From Vermamoeba vermiformis (lineage: Eukaryota), in contig JBEWZL010000056.1 of NCBI GenBank assembly GCA_045837725.1, forward strand, positions 434,001 to 498,000: a stretch of 64,000 nt of DNA, given 5' to 3'. Numbering within the stretch: the stretch's first letter is position 1; each line of letters opens with the position of its first letter. A program made the position numbers and the translations under genes. A model generated the notes under the pieces. It made no database searches. It had not been told where the DNA came from and saw only the letters and a program-made list of their open reading frames with translations. Below are positions 47,963 through 61,000 of this stretch, one piece after another.

Positions 47963-50455
47963 ATGGCTAATCAACAACAGATCCCGAAGTGGGCTCCAAA
48001 TCCTTACCCTAATGCAATCCCGATGCAAGAAATGGTATAATAAGCTTTCTCATTAGCTTATATATCGCGCTAATTGCGTTAACTTGCTCGCTACAGAACC
48101 CACAACCAGGTTACGCGCCACAGTACTATCCTGCGCCTCAAAATTTCGGTCAAGGGCCAGCCGCGGTACCCCCTCGTAAGTACTACAATAGTCAAGCAAT
48201 TTCTATATTTAGAACGCATAAAGACAACTAAAACAAATTGATCGGATTCCGATCTAATCCCAAACAAAGTCTGAAAGTCGTTGATTACGTTTTGAAGTTT
48301 TAGCAGAGCGAGCACTACTTTAGTCCGTAGTTCGCTTTTACATGACGCAAAGTCTAAATCTTGTTGTTGTATTTAAATTTCTTCTTTTTCGAACCGTCAC
48401 TCACTGGATGTGATCCTTTAATAGAGCAACAAGATGCCTTCAATGCTGATGTGGACAAGCCTGCTCCAATTTCTACCAGTGCTGCTGCACCCGAGCCTCA
48501 AAGACCACCCAAGCCTCCGCGTAAAGAGATGCCGAAGAAGAAAAAGATCGCTATTATTGTTGGTACTATTGTGCCTACAGTAGTCGTTGCAGCGGTCATT
48601 TTAATGATCGTTTTCTTGCGAACCGAACTCGTCATTGTCCAATCCGCGAACACGAAGCAAGACTGGATGAATGCAATGGCTGTTGCTTTCAATGCTAAGC
48701 GTAAGTTGAGATTATTTATAAGAAATAATGCATAGATTAAATAACGCGTATTTTGTGGTTATAGAGTTTCGCTTTTCGGATGGCGCGATCATGCAAGTTC
48801 AAGTAACTCATACGGGCTCAACATTTAATGCCAATCTACAACCGACGATATACAGTCCGGCTATATCAACTTGGATCGATCTAACTAACGCGGTAAGGCA
48901 CAAATTGATTTGTTTTTTGTGGCGTAAATTCTGATCTCCTTTTTTAGCAATGGAACCAAAACTTCAGCACGAATTTAGTCGATAAGAGCAAGTGCAAGCC
49001 ATCCGTTAGTATCCCTATTGGCATTGCAATGTGGAAGCATATGGCGCAATACTTGGGCTGGCCAAACAAACAGATCGGATGGTCCGACATTGCGGATCTG
49101 GCGCGTAACAGCAGCATGTGGCCTTACGGAGAGTTCAAATACGGTCACGGTCAGCCCGAATCATCTAACTCGGGTCGATTATCAATTGTCGGACAAATCT
49201 ACGCTTTTACTGGCCAAAAGACCCAACTTACTGTAAACGACGTTTTGAATCCGGATGTTCGAAACCAAGTCGAATCAATTCAGCAAAGTAAGCCTATTAA
49301 TATAATTCGGGTTGAAATTATTTAACTATTTACTAATAATCTTACTTATCAGCGGTCTATCACTACGGCAAAATTGATACGGATCTGCTCGACAGAATGG
49401 CGCAGCGAGGTGCTGACTATTTGACTGCTGCTACTAGCTACGAGTCAAACGTGATAAGATGGAACGCTAACTATCCCGACTTGATGTTCCCGTTCGTCTT
49501 GATCTACCCTCGTGAAGGCACGTTCTGGAACGAACACCCACTGTGCATCGTTGAAGGTGCTTCGTGGTCCACGCCTAAACAACGCGAGGCCGCGCAGAAA
49601 TTTATTGACTTTGTGCTGGAGAAAGATCAACAAGACGCGACAGTGCAGTATGGAATTAGACCTGCCAACTCAAACTTTGACCCGTCAACAGTGCCCAACA
49701 GCCCGTTCAAGGAGGCCAACGGTGTCTTGCCCGTCACTACAGAGACTATTTCGAGCTTGCCTTATCCCTCTGATGACGTCACCAATGCTATCATTCAGCT
49801 GTGGATCGACACGAAGAAACCTGCCTCGATCTTGCTGATCATGGATATCTCTGGCAGCATGAAAGACGAGGACAAAATCATTTACGCGAAACAAGCAGCA
49901 ACATCGTTCGTCAACCAAATGCACGACAGGGACGAGATCTACGTCATGACTTTTTCATCGTCGTACAACTACCTCTTGCCTACTGCAAAGAACAACACGC
50001 TCAGCGTCATTCGCAGCCAAATGGCAAACGAAATTTCTCTTCTTTATCCTGGCGGAGGCACGGCGTTGTACGACAGTACTGTCGCGGGAGTCACTTTCAT
50101 GAACAATTTGAAAAGTGGCCGCGTGGGAACTTCCCAGAAATACAACTACGCCGTTGTATTGATGACTGATGGTGTAGACACATCGAGCACACGATATAGC
50201 TTCGGTACTATGATGTCAACCTTGCCTGATGGCGAATCATCGGATCAGATCCATATCTTTACCGTCGCTTATGGTTCTGACGCAGACAAGGACTCGTTGC
50301 AGCAAGTAAGTACCAATGTGATAGTTGAGTATTCCCTATAATAGAAGATATTAATTTTTTCTTGCCAGATTGCCACTCGAACTAACGGCAAGGCTTACGT
50401 TGCCAGCACGACGAATATCTTGTCGATTTATTCTGATATTGTTTTGGAGTTTTAA
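47963..50455 (+). CDS. Membrane-anchored solute-binding-protein-like plus vWA domain protein (multi-exon)
   Basis: Pro-rich N-terminus, TM, and SBP-like motifs (IYSPA, FKYGHGQPESSNSG, YPREGTFWNEHP, YGIRP). vWA MIDAS motif DISGSM, GGTALYD and VLMTDG. Confidence 0.85.
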
Positions 50456-50798
50456 TCTTATTTTCTCCTTGAATTAAAGCAATTGACCGGAATCTTACCG
50501 TCCGTTGTAAATTTAACTACATTGCGAAAATGATACATCAGAATAGTGCACTTCAGCAACTCTGGTTAGACGTTCATAATTCAGCCTAGATCTTAAACCA
50601 ATTTACAACGCCTTAGTACAAAGCAGATCAATTCAGCGAATAATGTTACCGTTCAACGCAGTATGGCGGCTATTACCGCCCCGAGATTTGGCTTTGGTTA
50701 CGGTCCTTCACCAAAGAAATAAAAATCGATTCAACATTTCAAATGATTTGAGATACAACGAACACGATAAATATTCGATCATTCGAATTTATTATTGG

Positions 50799-52209
50799 TC
50801 AACACAAGTCAAAGACAAATGTTTTTGGCTTCGGATAAGGGGTCCATAATATCAATTGAGTACCACAAATATAATGCTTCCAACCGATAGCACTTCCTTC
50901 GATATATACGCCACTAACTTCTTGTTTGAACGACATCGGATGCACCGCGAATTTAGGCAGTAGATTAGTATCAGGATGGTCCTTGGAGTATTTGTAATTG
51001 CCTAGTACTTTGAATCTATCTGTTACTGCGTTCGTGGAAATAGTGGCTCGAGTTAATGGATTTTTTTCCGTGTTGTTGTCTATAATTCTATTTAATTCGT
51101 TAGTACGTTGTATATAATACTGATAATATTATTTATACCTATTATAAACAATTTTGTTAATCGTTGCATGCCCTTTGTCGAACTTAAGACTGTATGGTTG
51201 TGGAATGGCGACTACAATCAAATCGGATCCAGGTCTGTCCCAATAATAGACTCTATGATACTCTTCTACCGTTGAAATGTTATGCTCACTTAGTCCAAAA
51301 CATTTAAATCCAACAAAATGCTCCAAAAAAATAAGCTTGTCGTCGATCACGCCTAAAAAAAAATTAGGCAACCATAGAGGACTAATAAATTATTATTATA
51401 ATGCTTACGTTTAGCACAAGGTGGAAGATGGCCGTATGGACTATTATAAGTTTGAATGAGCTGATCTCGTTCGAGATCATAAATTTTGAGTTTCGAAATA
51501 CCGTCTTCTTGAACGAGTAAACAATAATAATGGGAACAAAAGAACCAATTTAGACTATTTAAGTCTATTTTAAGTTCGCTAGCCAATTTAATCCACTGTT
51601 TTGTTCGAAGGTCGTAACGATGCACAAATTCATCCATTAAAAAATAGATGAAATGCTTTGATACCATCAAAACGTGCCTGCCTTTCAATATAGGTATATC
51701 TTCGCTCTCCGTATTTCCTAATTTGAGGCCAAAAGTCATTAAAAATCGGCACATCTGTCTGAAGCTGGATTTGAATTTTGTTTCAAAGACGTAAGGTGCC
51801 TTAGCCAACCATTTAGTCGCTCCAATCGTTAACATAAAAATATGCTTCCACGCCAATTCAGATTTTCGCATTGCAGAAGCACTATAAAACATTAAAAATT
51901 TTGCCGTTGCGAATCTGACCAATAAATAATACTTACAATGCTTTGCACGTGACTGATAAATTAAATGCAGCTGTATATATTTGTTCTTGACGCTCAAACA
52001 TGCTAGATATTTTTGTGAGCCCATCTGGAACAGTTATAGGTCCTTGTTTAAGACGAGCTCGTGTCAGTTCATAAATTCTTTCTTCCTCATCATTATATTC
52101 TTTAAAAATGTATGCGAATATTATTTCTAATATTTCGACTGGGCAATTCTAAAGCGCAACGTTAATTTTACATCCAGAGTTCTTTACGACATACTGCGAG
52201 CCCATCCAT
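50799..52209 (-). CDS. F-box protein with a divergent beta-rich C-terminus (multi-exon)
   Basis: NCPVEILEIIFAYI...AFNLSVTCKAF...LAWK after splicing. The three ORF segments are joined by GT-AG introns. Confidence 0.6.
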
Positions 52210-52415
52210 AGTATATGTGTTTTGTCAGCTATATACGCATTGAGGAGGAGTGACTAATTTACTTGGTTTTCTTTTTTGCGCGCTTGAAAAGGGCAGGCGA
52301 TTTTTATCAAATTTACGAACAGCACGAAGCTTATTTGGCGTTCATTCATCTTTATTCATGTATTTTTATAACACATACGTCTTAGTATTTATTTAAACGA
52401 TTATAATCGAGCTAA

Positions 52416-54849
52416 ATGGCGAATCTAGATCAAATTCAATTGAATGGTAGTGGAAACTATTCAGAGCTTTTTATATCAGAACCTCCACCTCCTTATGTTC
52501 CTGGAACTAGTGCCACTTATTCTAATACTGTAACCGGTAACAGTGGCACACAATTCCACGTCACAGAAGTTCCATCTGGAAGTCAATCTGCGGTTCCAAC
52601 CGAGCAAAAAGGTATGTAGCATTATGTATCTCAATATTGTGTATATTATTATCTAATTTTCTTCTCTATTTTTAATATAAAAAGTCACAAATCTAAACTC
52701 AGCTTCACATTCAAATCAAACTACGACCTACGTAGTCAACCATATTACACAGCCAAATTCATATGATGCTAATTCACCAAATGATGATTCGCTACGTAAT
52801 GCTCCCTCGTTATTTATCGATCTCCAAGGTCTGGACGAAAAACCTGCATCTGGCAGCTCTCCGATCAAAAGCACTCCACTCGAAATTCCAATTCAAAACC
52901 CAGTGATAGCCAATTTGAAAGCATCAGGAACGACATATCCACCTCCCACGCTTACTGCACCTGTAGCAAGCAGTCCACCGCAGCAATCATTCATAAATCT
53001 GAATCAAGCAACGGGAAGCCAGCACAACTCACGCACCGCGACGCCTATTAATAGCGGAACACCTATTAACACCCCTCCCACTTCGTTGACAGCTCCTCTT
53101 CAAAAAGCAAACTTATTGCAAGGAGCGAACACATCTCCCGTGCAGATGCAACCCGCACCCATTACTATCAATATGGAACAATTACAAAACAATTTGCAAG
53201 CCCTCGGAATTTCACCAGCACAAAACGGACAATGGACTATGAATCCTAACTCGCAGTTAACGACAATTTTGAGTGCTTTGGGACAGCAACAAAATGTGCC
53301 ATTGGCTAACGTGACAGGAGCGCAATTGACCGGCCAACAAGCTAATCCTAGTCTAGCTGTCGCCCCTCAAGGTCTTCAATTAGCTCCACAACAAATGGTC
53401 GCTAGTAACCCCGTGGGCCTCATGCCAAGTACGTCCTCCTCGCAAGTTGTCTCGCAAGTTCAAGCTCCACAAACACCCGCTACTGTACCTCAAGTGCAGC
53501 AAACAGCGCAAGTCCAGCAGCTACAACAGCCTGTTCAAGCTCAACAACAAGTCGTACAAGTGCCACAAGTATCACAGGTTGCGCAAGTCCCCGTCATGCC
53601 GCAACAACAGCACGTCGTGCCGCAAGTCCAACAAACACAACAGATGCAACAAGCTGTTCAAAATCAGCAACACGCTCAAGTCCAACAAGTTGCGCAGTTA
53701 CAACAACACGGACAATTGACGCAAAACCAAATGCAACAACCACCCAACGGCATGGCAGTCCTGCAACAAGACGGCAGTATTATGACCCCTGCTTACGGTG
53801 CCTCGCTCATCAACAGCAATGCCGGTCAAATGCAACAATTTGCTGCGATGCCACTCAACAACAATCAGATTCCTCAAATGGCAATGTATGCCTCGAACCC
53901 AGTTCAGGTACCAAAACAAAATTTTCAAAAGTCAAAAGAAAATCTAATCATTTTCGCAGAATGTCAACGTTGCTGCGTTAGAACATCAATTGCAAGCCGA
54001 CACATTGACACTCATGATGCAGGTAAGGGTAATTACTTTTTGGACGCGTGATCTGGATCTCTTCGAAGCGAATAATTCTTTGACACTATAAAAGTCGAAC
54101 CAAGTTTAACAATATTATATTATAGATGATGAAGACTATGGGCGAGTTGAACAAGCGCATGGCCAATCTCGAAAATGAAGTAGACAGTCTGCGGCAACAA
54201 GTGCGCACGCAACAGCAACAAAACATGCAATTGCAACAAACATTAATGACCGTGCAACAACAGCAGCCAATCAATAGTGCGCAGAACCCTAACGGTATGT
54301 GTTACTAAAAATAGATCTGACATTTGGATCAATGATTTTAATCGGGCGTAGAAGCAGGACAAGAAGATAAAACGCGTGTTAATCGAACGAATAGCGCGAC
54401 AGCAACGAATAGCAATCAAATTATGTCACTGAATGAAGCTCCGCCTGTCAATTCATTGGGCACTAACCCGCGACCTGGGGTAGTGAACTCTCAATACTAC
54501 CAGACCCCGCAAAGTCAATATTATTATAGTAAGTATAATGACATTACACGCTTAATTTCGTCAAGCGGGACGAGATCTGATTCGACGTTTTTGACAAATG
54601 TCACTTTTTTGCTATTAATTTGTGCGCTTCAGAATGATTAATTCATGAACTAACCTTTGTTTGTTAGCTACGACCAACAACGGCATTGCATACATGCAAC
54701 CGATGGCTACGACAGGCGTGCCAATGCCCGTGCCTGTGGGCAGCCAAGTGCCTGGTTACCCAGGTCAAATGTATTATTACACCACCGCCCAACAACCTAC
54801 CGTTGTGCAGGGACAACAACGAATTGTGTATACTAACCAACGGCAATAA
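52416..54849 (+). CDS. Gln/Pro-rich low-complexity protein with a short coiled coil (multi-exon)
   Basis: PPPPY motif, long Q-rich tract, and heptad segment LNKRMANLENEVDSLRQQV. Confidence 0.6.
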
Positions 54850-55031
54850 TTGGGTAGTCGGTAGCAATTGTAGAATTAATTGAAGGAAAAATGTAAATAA
54901 ATCGTAATTTGCGTGTTTAAGTTCGAGCGTTTGAACGATTTATTTTTTTTGATCAGCTAGATCGGCAAACATGGTTTAAACCCAACAATTACAAGAATTA
55001 AGTAGCCAACAACGGTGAATTTATAAATTTA

Positions 55032-58000
55032 ATGGAGGGAGAGTCGTTAGATTTTGGGGTATTGCGGTATGTCAAATCCAAATCTGTCGAGATTTGGATC
55101 TGAAACGTTGAGCCAACTAATAAAATTATCTTTCCATTAGGGATGTTACATTTAATCACCAAGTTTCACTGGTGGCTCCGTAAGAATTTAGATGTTAATT
55201 TAAGGAAAATAAATAAATAATATAATTTTCTTGGCAGACTTCGTTACACGAGGGTAAAGAATGTTGGTGCCAAATTAACATCGAAAGAAGAACGAAACAA
55301 CAAAATAATCCAGATCGCACAACAGCTTCCTGCAGATCGTCGTCTTTCAGCAAGATCTGTTTATTGGTTCGTTTCTCGTGAGCCTGCAGAAATAATGTAT
55401 CAAGATGCGACTCTATTTTTCTGGAACGAAAATCTCCTATGGCAAGATGCCGAAGGAATTTGTCATCATTTGTATCAAATTGATTTTCATGCCAACAAAA
55501 ACGGGCTTCTCGTGTTCAAATTTCCTAATGGCCACGAAGAGACTGTATTCTGCTATTCGACAACTAACCCGAATATGAACGCGAACAAGAAAAGGAAGCT
55601 GTCGTCAAATGATATTCTTATGGAAGACGAATCTCAATCTGCGGAGCATTACAGCGAACTAAGTTCTCCGATTACATTCAACAACACGAACCAATTTCCA
55701 ATGCAAGTACAAACACCCCCGCAGATACTACAAAATGGCACGCAAGTTGCGTCGAATCGAGCACTTATCGTGAACATACTGCTCTTGGTTCCTGACAACG
55801 ACGAATTCATTAAACTGACCGAAGATGCGCTTATCGAGCTCGGTTTTATCAAAGAAGTTAGCTGCATTGCTAAACAAAGGCTTTATAGCCAGAAGAATAT
55901 GTTAAAGAAGATAAGACATGTTTTGATCTTTCCGTTCGGACGGATGGCTAGAGCATTCAAAGTTCAGGATTATCTTGACTATTCAAGTGAAGTTATCCTG
56001 CTAGTGGAGAACACAGCCGAACAAGCAAATGATTTGATGACTATTAACAGAGTGAACAATATCAACAACCAAGCCAACGAGTTCCGACAATTTTGGGTCA
56101 AGAATGGTCTTCGAGATTTTGGAACAATAGACCTCGATTATCCTACGCTTAATTCTTGCGTCAAATTTTTTCTAACTATGAAGGCTCTTGACGATGTTGT
56201 ACTCGGAGGGGCCAGTTGCAAACCCAACACCTATCCTCCAAATTTCTTGGAATTTCTACTGCAATGGAACAGCGAGAATGCGGATAAAGTAGTACAAAGC
56301 ATCTATCTCTGTTTCAAGTTTGAACAGAACAATGAAGCATTCACCGAGGACGCTGCAATTGCGCTCAAAACTTTCGGAATCGATTTTAATGTTGCTGTTG
56401 GAGTCAATGGCAGTGTGCTAGTTTACACTCGTTGTCCATCTTACACGATTTGGTACATCCTGCATCGCAAGGACGACCTCTTTAACGAATTCAAAAACGA
56501 CGGATTGACAGAAGTCTTCGAGTGCTTTATCAGCGACATTGACGAATCGATGCGACGATCAGATAATGCACAGTTTGTGGAGGAACTGAGCTACATGAAA
56601 GAACTAATGATTATCGATGGAGTGCCGGAACAACCAATCTTAAATCGGTAAGTAATTCGTAGTCGCTTTTCGGAAGATGCTAACGACGTATTTTCTTGTA
56701 GATTCAGAGTTCAAGCAAATAGGAATATTCAACGGCAACATGGCATTATGTTGGATGAAAGAGCCATTAATACAAACGACTTTGGCCTCAATGTTCGATA
56801 CCGATCGCAACTTGAGAAATTAAAGAGCGAGACAGTCGAATGGGCGCAAGCCAAAGCAAGCATCAAAGATCGACTTCTCTTGCTCTCTGATCAGCTGCTA
56901 GAAAATGTGGTTGCATTGATTAGACAGACAAATCATTTTGATGATATCGACGCCGAAGCTCTATTTCCGTACTGCTGGAAATGCTTACCAGACATCTCTT
57001 TCGTACAAGGAAATCGTTTCTCGGTCGACCTTGTCGCCAAAAGCTTCAATGAAGTGAAGGCCAAGTTCGCCAAGCCAGTGGTATCAATCAGCGATGCCAT
57101 CAAAATTTTCACCATGTTGCTTGACCTCGTGATTCAGAAGTCAATCCAAGAAGACGAATTCATCTATTTAAAGAAGACTTATCCAGGAGCAGAGCTAGCG
57201 ATGGCGCTCGGAATGGATAACACTCAGATCTTCTATGCTTTGGCGGATCTGAACGATGAACTTCCACACCCGTCACAGATGTTGCTTTGTACGAGCGCAA
57301 CGAAGAAAGACGACCTTCTTCGCTTCGTGGAATGTGCTTGCTTATTGCCGTGGTCGCTTTTCATTCTGGTTGAAGTCAACAACCTTCGAATGGAAGTTCG
57401 TGCCTCACTCATCGACAGACTATTGACTCTCGAGCAACAAAAGCAACGACACTCATTGAAGCTCGTGTTCACATCTCAAACAGGCATCTCTGGCTTCTCT
57501 TTCATACCAAAGCGAGATGTCACTGCGGAAACGCTTGGTCAAGTGAGGCGCTACTTGGTGAACGGATCAAGGCTCTTCAGGCCAGAAATCGCTCGAAATC
57601 GTTATTTTAAGACGTTGGAGATCGTTCAAGGAAATCCTGGCGAAGGAAAGTCAACTTCAATTCGACAGTATTTTGCGCGACAAAGCATCTACTGCTCGGA
57701 AATACCGTTGCAAGAAGACTTCACTGTTGCAAACTTCATCCACCGAGTGCAAATAGCTGTCGATGATGCTCGTAAGAGTGGTCAGAAGGACGTTGGTATT
57801 CACTTGAACATTCTGCCGTACATCGATTTCCCTCTTGTCCACGAGTTCTTGTATTCGTGGATGCTCTTTGGTGTGATTTACGACAGCAACATTGGTGGCA
57901 TGTACCAGCTGCCAACTGATTTGAATTGGCACGTCCTCGCGGAAATTGGCAGTGCTCCAGCCGAAGACAAAGAATACGGAAGCTACAATAGCCCTGCCAA

Positions 58001-61000
58001 AGTGTTGACCGCTCTGCCAGCGTTGAACTTTGTGGCTGAAAAGAAGGACAGACTGCTTAAGAAGCTGGTGTTGGACGACAACATTCGCTTGGCTTGTGCG
58101 TTCTACCATCACTTCCACAACAGCAATCAGGTCACCACAGCTCACATCATGGCTCTCGTGCCCGTAGCAAACGATGATGCTGCTTACAAGATTATTGCAC
58201 AGATTGTCCAACGAGAGCTAACGACTCTTGGTGAGCATCGTAATTTGTTCATCTTTCAACGCATGTTCCTTCACTTGTTGGCAGCTCGATGCAAATGGAT
58301 CAAGTCCTACGCTGAGCGATTGACTGTCTTGGCTCGAGAGTTGGCAACTCCTGACTACGTTATCCCAATCGAAGAGCAATTCTTCTTCAAGCAGTTCATG
58401 ACGTATTTCATCACCGAGGTCGCGCACTTTTGCAAAGCAAACATCAGCTTGAATATCAAGACACTGCCTGTAATTTCACTTTGTGAGGCCCACTCGTTCT
58501 GTTTTGTTGACTGTCAAGGCGATGGTTTCAAAGACAAGGCAAAGGCTGGCTCGCTGCATCTGACCGGAATCCACGAAACAATTCAGAACCCTAATGTCAT
58601 CTTTTCTGCTTTGGCACTGTCATTTGGCATCAAAGATACACGACACATGTTCAACGTCATTCGACAACAACGGTCCACCCTATCTTTTGATTTCGTTGTT
58701 CGGCTATTGCTTCTCAACGACAGAAGAGTTGCTGGTCAGAACATCATATTCGAAGGAGACACGGGCCTTGGAAAGAGCAAATGCCTTGAATTATACGCGT
58801 TGATACTCAACTGTAACACTGACTTGGTTCCCGACCTAATTAGTGATACAGCGCAATTCATTTCTGACAACATTCTTCGAGAGGATGGAGCGATTAGAAA
58901 TCCCGCTTGGAAGAAACTCTATGATGACCTTAACACGGGCAATCCTTCGGCCAACAAAATAATGTCCGCAATCCGTGAAGTTTGCAGCGAACGAAGGCTT
59001 GCAGTAGAGAATCAAGAAGTAGGGTTCAAATTTGTGGCAAGTCGTTTGCTGCAATTCATTCGCCAAATGCTCAACAAGCACTCGTTGATTGAGTTGACAC
59101 CGGTCTTGCGAAGAGTTTTGAAAAAGACAACCGAGGCAGTGAACACAAGCGAATTAATGCTATTGGTGGAAGAATTATTGAACGCGAAGATTTGTAGTTT
59201 ATTCCACAAGATCATTATGCATCGTGGAATTACAGCCAAACAACTCCGAACAAAAATCCAGAAACTCATAGCGCTCAGTATGAGAATTTCGAGGACTAAC
59301 CCAGACGTAAAATTAGTCGTGTACATCGATGAATTCAACACAACTTCGGTAAGCCTTCTCGTTTTGAGTGATATCGTTGTTATTAACTATTATTCAGATC
59401 ATGGGCATGGTGAAGAGCATTTTGTTCGATCACCGACTTGACGGAGAGCTCTTGCCGTCAAATATTTTCTTCGCTGCATCAATGAATCCGTACACCGTGA
59501 AGAAGACCTCCTATGAAATCAATTATACTGGACTAAAGAACAACGCAAGTTCATTGCCCTTCATTGTCCGACCGAATCCGCGGTCTCTTGGTTTGCTTGC
59601 GGTTGCATTGCCTGACTTTGACCAAGCCCAAGAGGAGCGATTCTTGACAGTCCTCAGCAAGACGAGAGACGATCTTGGTAGCCCAGAAGAAATGGAAATC
59701 GTCAAGGACTTCCTGTTGGCGAGTCAAAATCAACTGCGGGCTGCCAACATGGAGAGAATTCATGTGTCAATCCGAGACATCATGCGAGCCATCGATTTGT
59801 TCTTCTACTTCTCCAAGACGCCTGCAGGAGCAGCTCTACTCGGATTGGCCATAGATGACAACTCTTCTCAACGATTCTGGCTTTCGCTGTTCATGGCATG
59901 CAACATCGCTTACCGCATTCGATTGGCAGCAAGAAGTGATTTGCGCAGTGACTTACTCGCAATTTACAAAGCTTTGTGCTTGGCCAATGACTACCACGGC
60001 GAATCAATTGAGGATGTAATAGAACGATGCTACACTCACCTCTACAAGTCAACAGCAATACCCGATGGCATTGCTCGCACAAAGACTTTGATGGAGAATC
60101 TGTTCGTGCTCGTCACCTGCATTGACGCAAAGATTCCTGTGATGATTATTGGCCCAGCTGGCACATCGAAGACTCTCAGCTTCACTATTGCAGCAGACAA
60201 TATGCTCGGCGAAGCGTCGGCAAAGGAGCTTTACCGCTTGTGCAGCAAAGTTCATCCTTTCCGCTACCAGTGCTCCCTACATTCGACCGATACAGAAATT
60301 GATAATATCTATCAATCAGCAATCAAATACCAAAAAGTCATTGAAAGTCACGCTATTAAGAACACTGAGCGCAGTACAGTGTTTTTGGACGAAGCCGGCT
60401 TGCCCGACGACTTTGAAATGTCACTGAAGGTGTTGCACTATCATCTAAACGACCCAGTAGTATCGTCGGTTATAGTCAGCAATCGAATTCTGGACGCTGC
60501 AAAGACAAGCAGAGCTGTCGTGCTGCAAGTGCATCCAACGCTCACTCAAGAGGATGTGTACGCGTTAGCGAAGGGCAGTTTTGCAGTACCTGAATCCGAA
60601 TATAACAGACAACTATTCACGGCTCTTGGCAGTGCGCTTTTGAAGATCAACAGCGTTACAAAAGAATTTCATGATGGTTTCTTTCAGCAGCGCGACTTTA
60701 TCTATTTTCTACGCTACTTAAGAAGATATTCTGTGATCGAACACGACCTTATTCAGTTAACGCCAGAGCTTCTCATCAATGCTTTGGAGCGTAACTTCAA
60801 CGGCATTCCCTTCAACGTGTTCCGCAAGATCGTACAATTGTTTATTGAAGAGTTCAATCGCTTTATGATGCACAAAGAAGCTGCTTGGGATGTTGATAAG
60901 ATCGTTGGCTCTTTGAAGAACAGAACGATTCAACTAATCGAGGAGAGCTTGGCAGAGACTGTCAAACCTGACGAGAATCCCAATTTGGCACCTTTCCGTT

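Noticed and set aside
50799-52209. Apparent frameshifts suggesting an F-box pseudogene
   Set aside because: Each frame change coincides with a plausible GT-AG intron.
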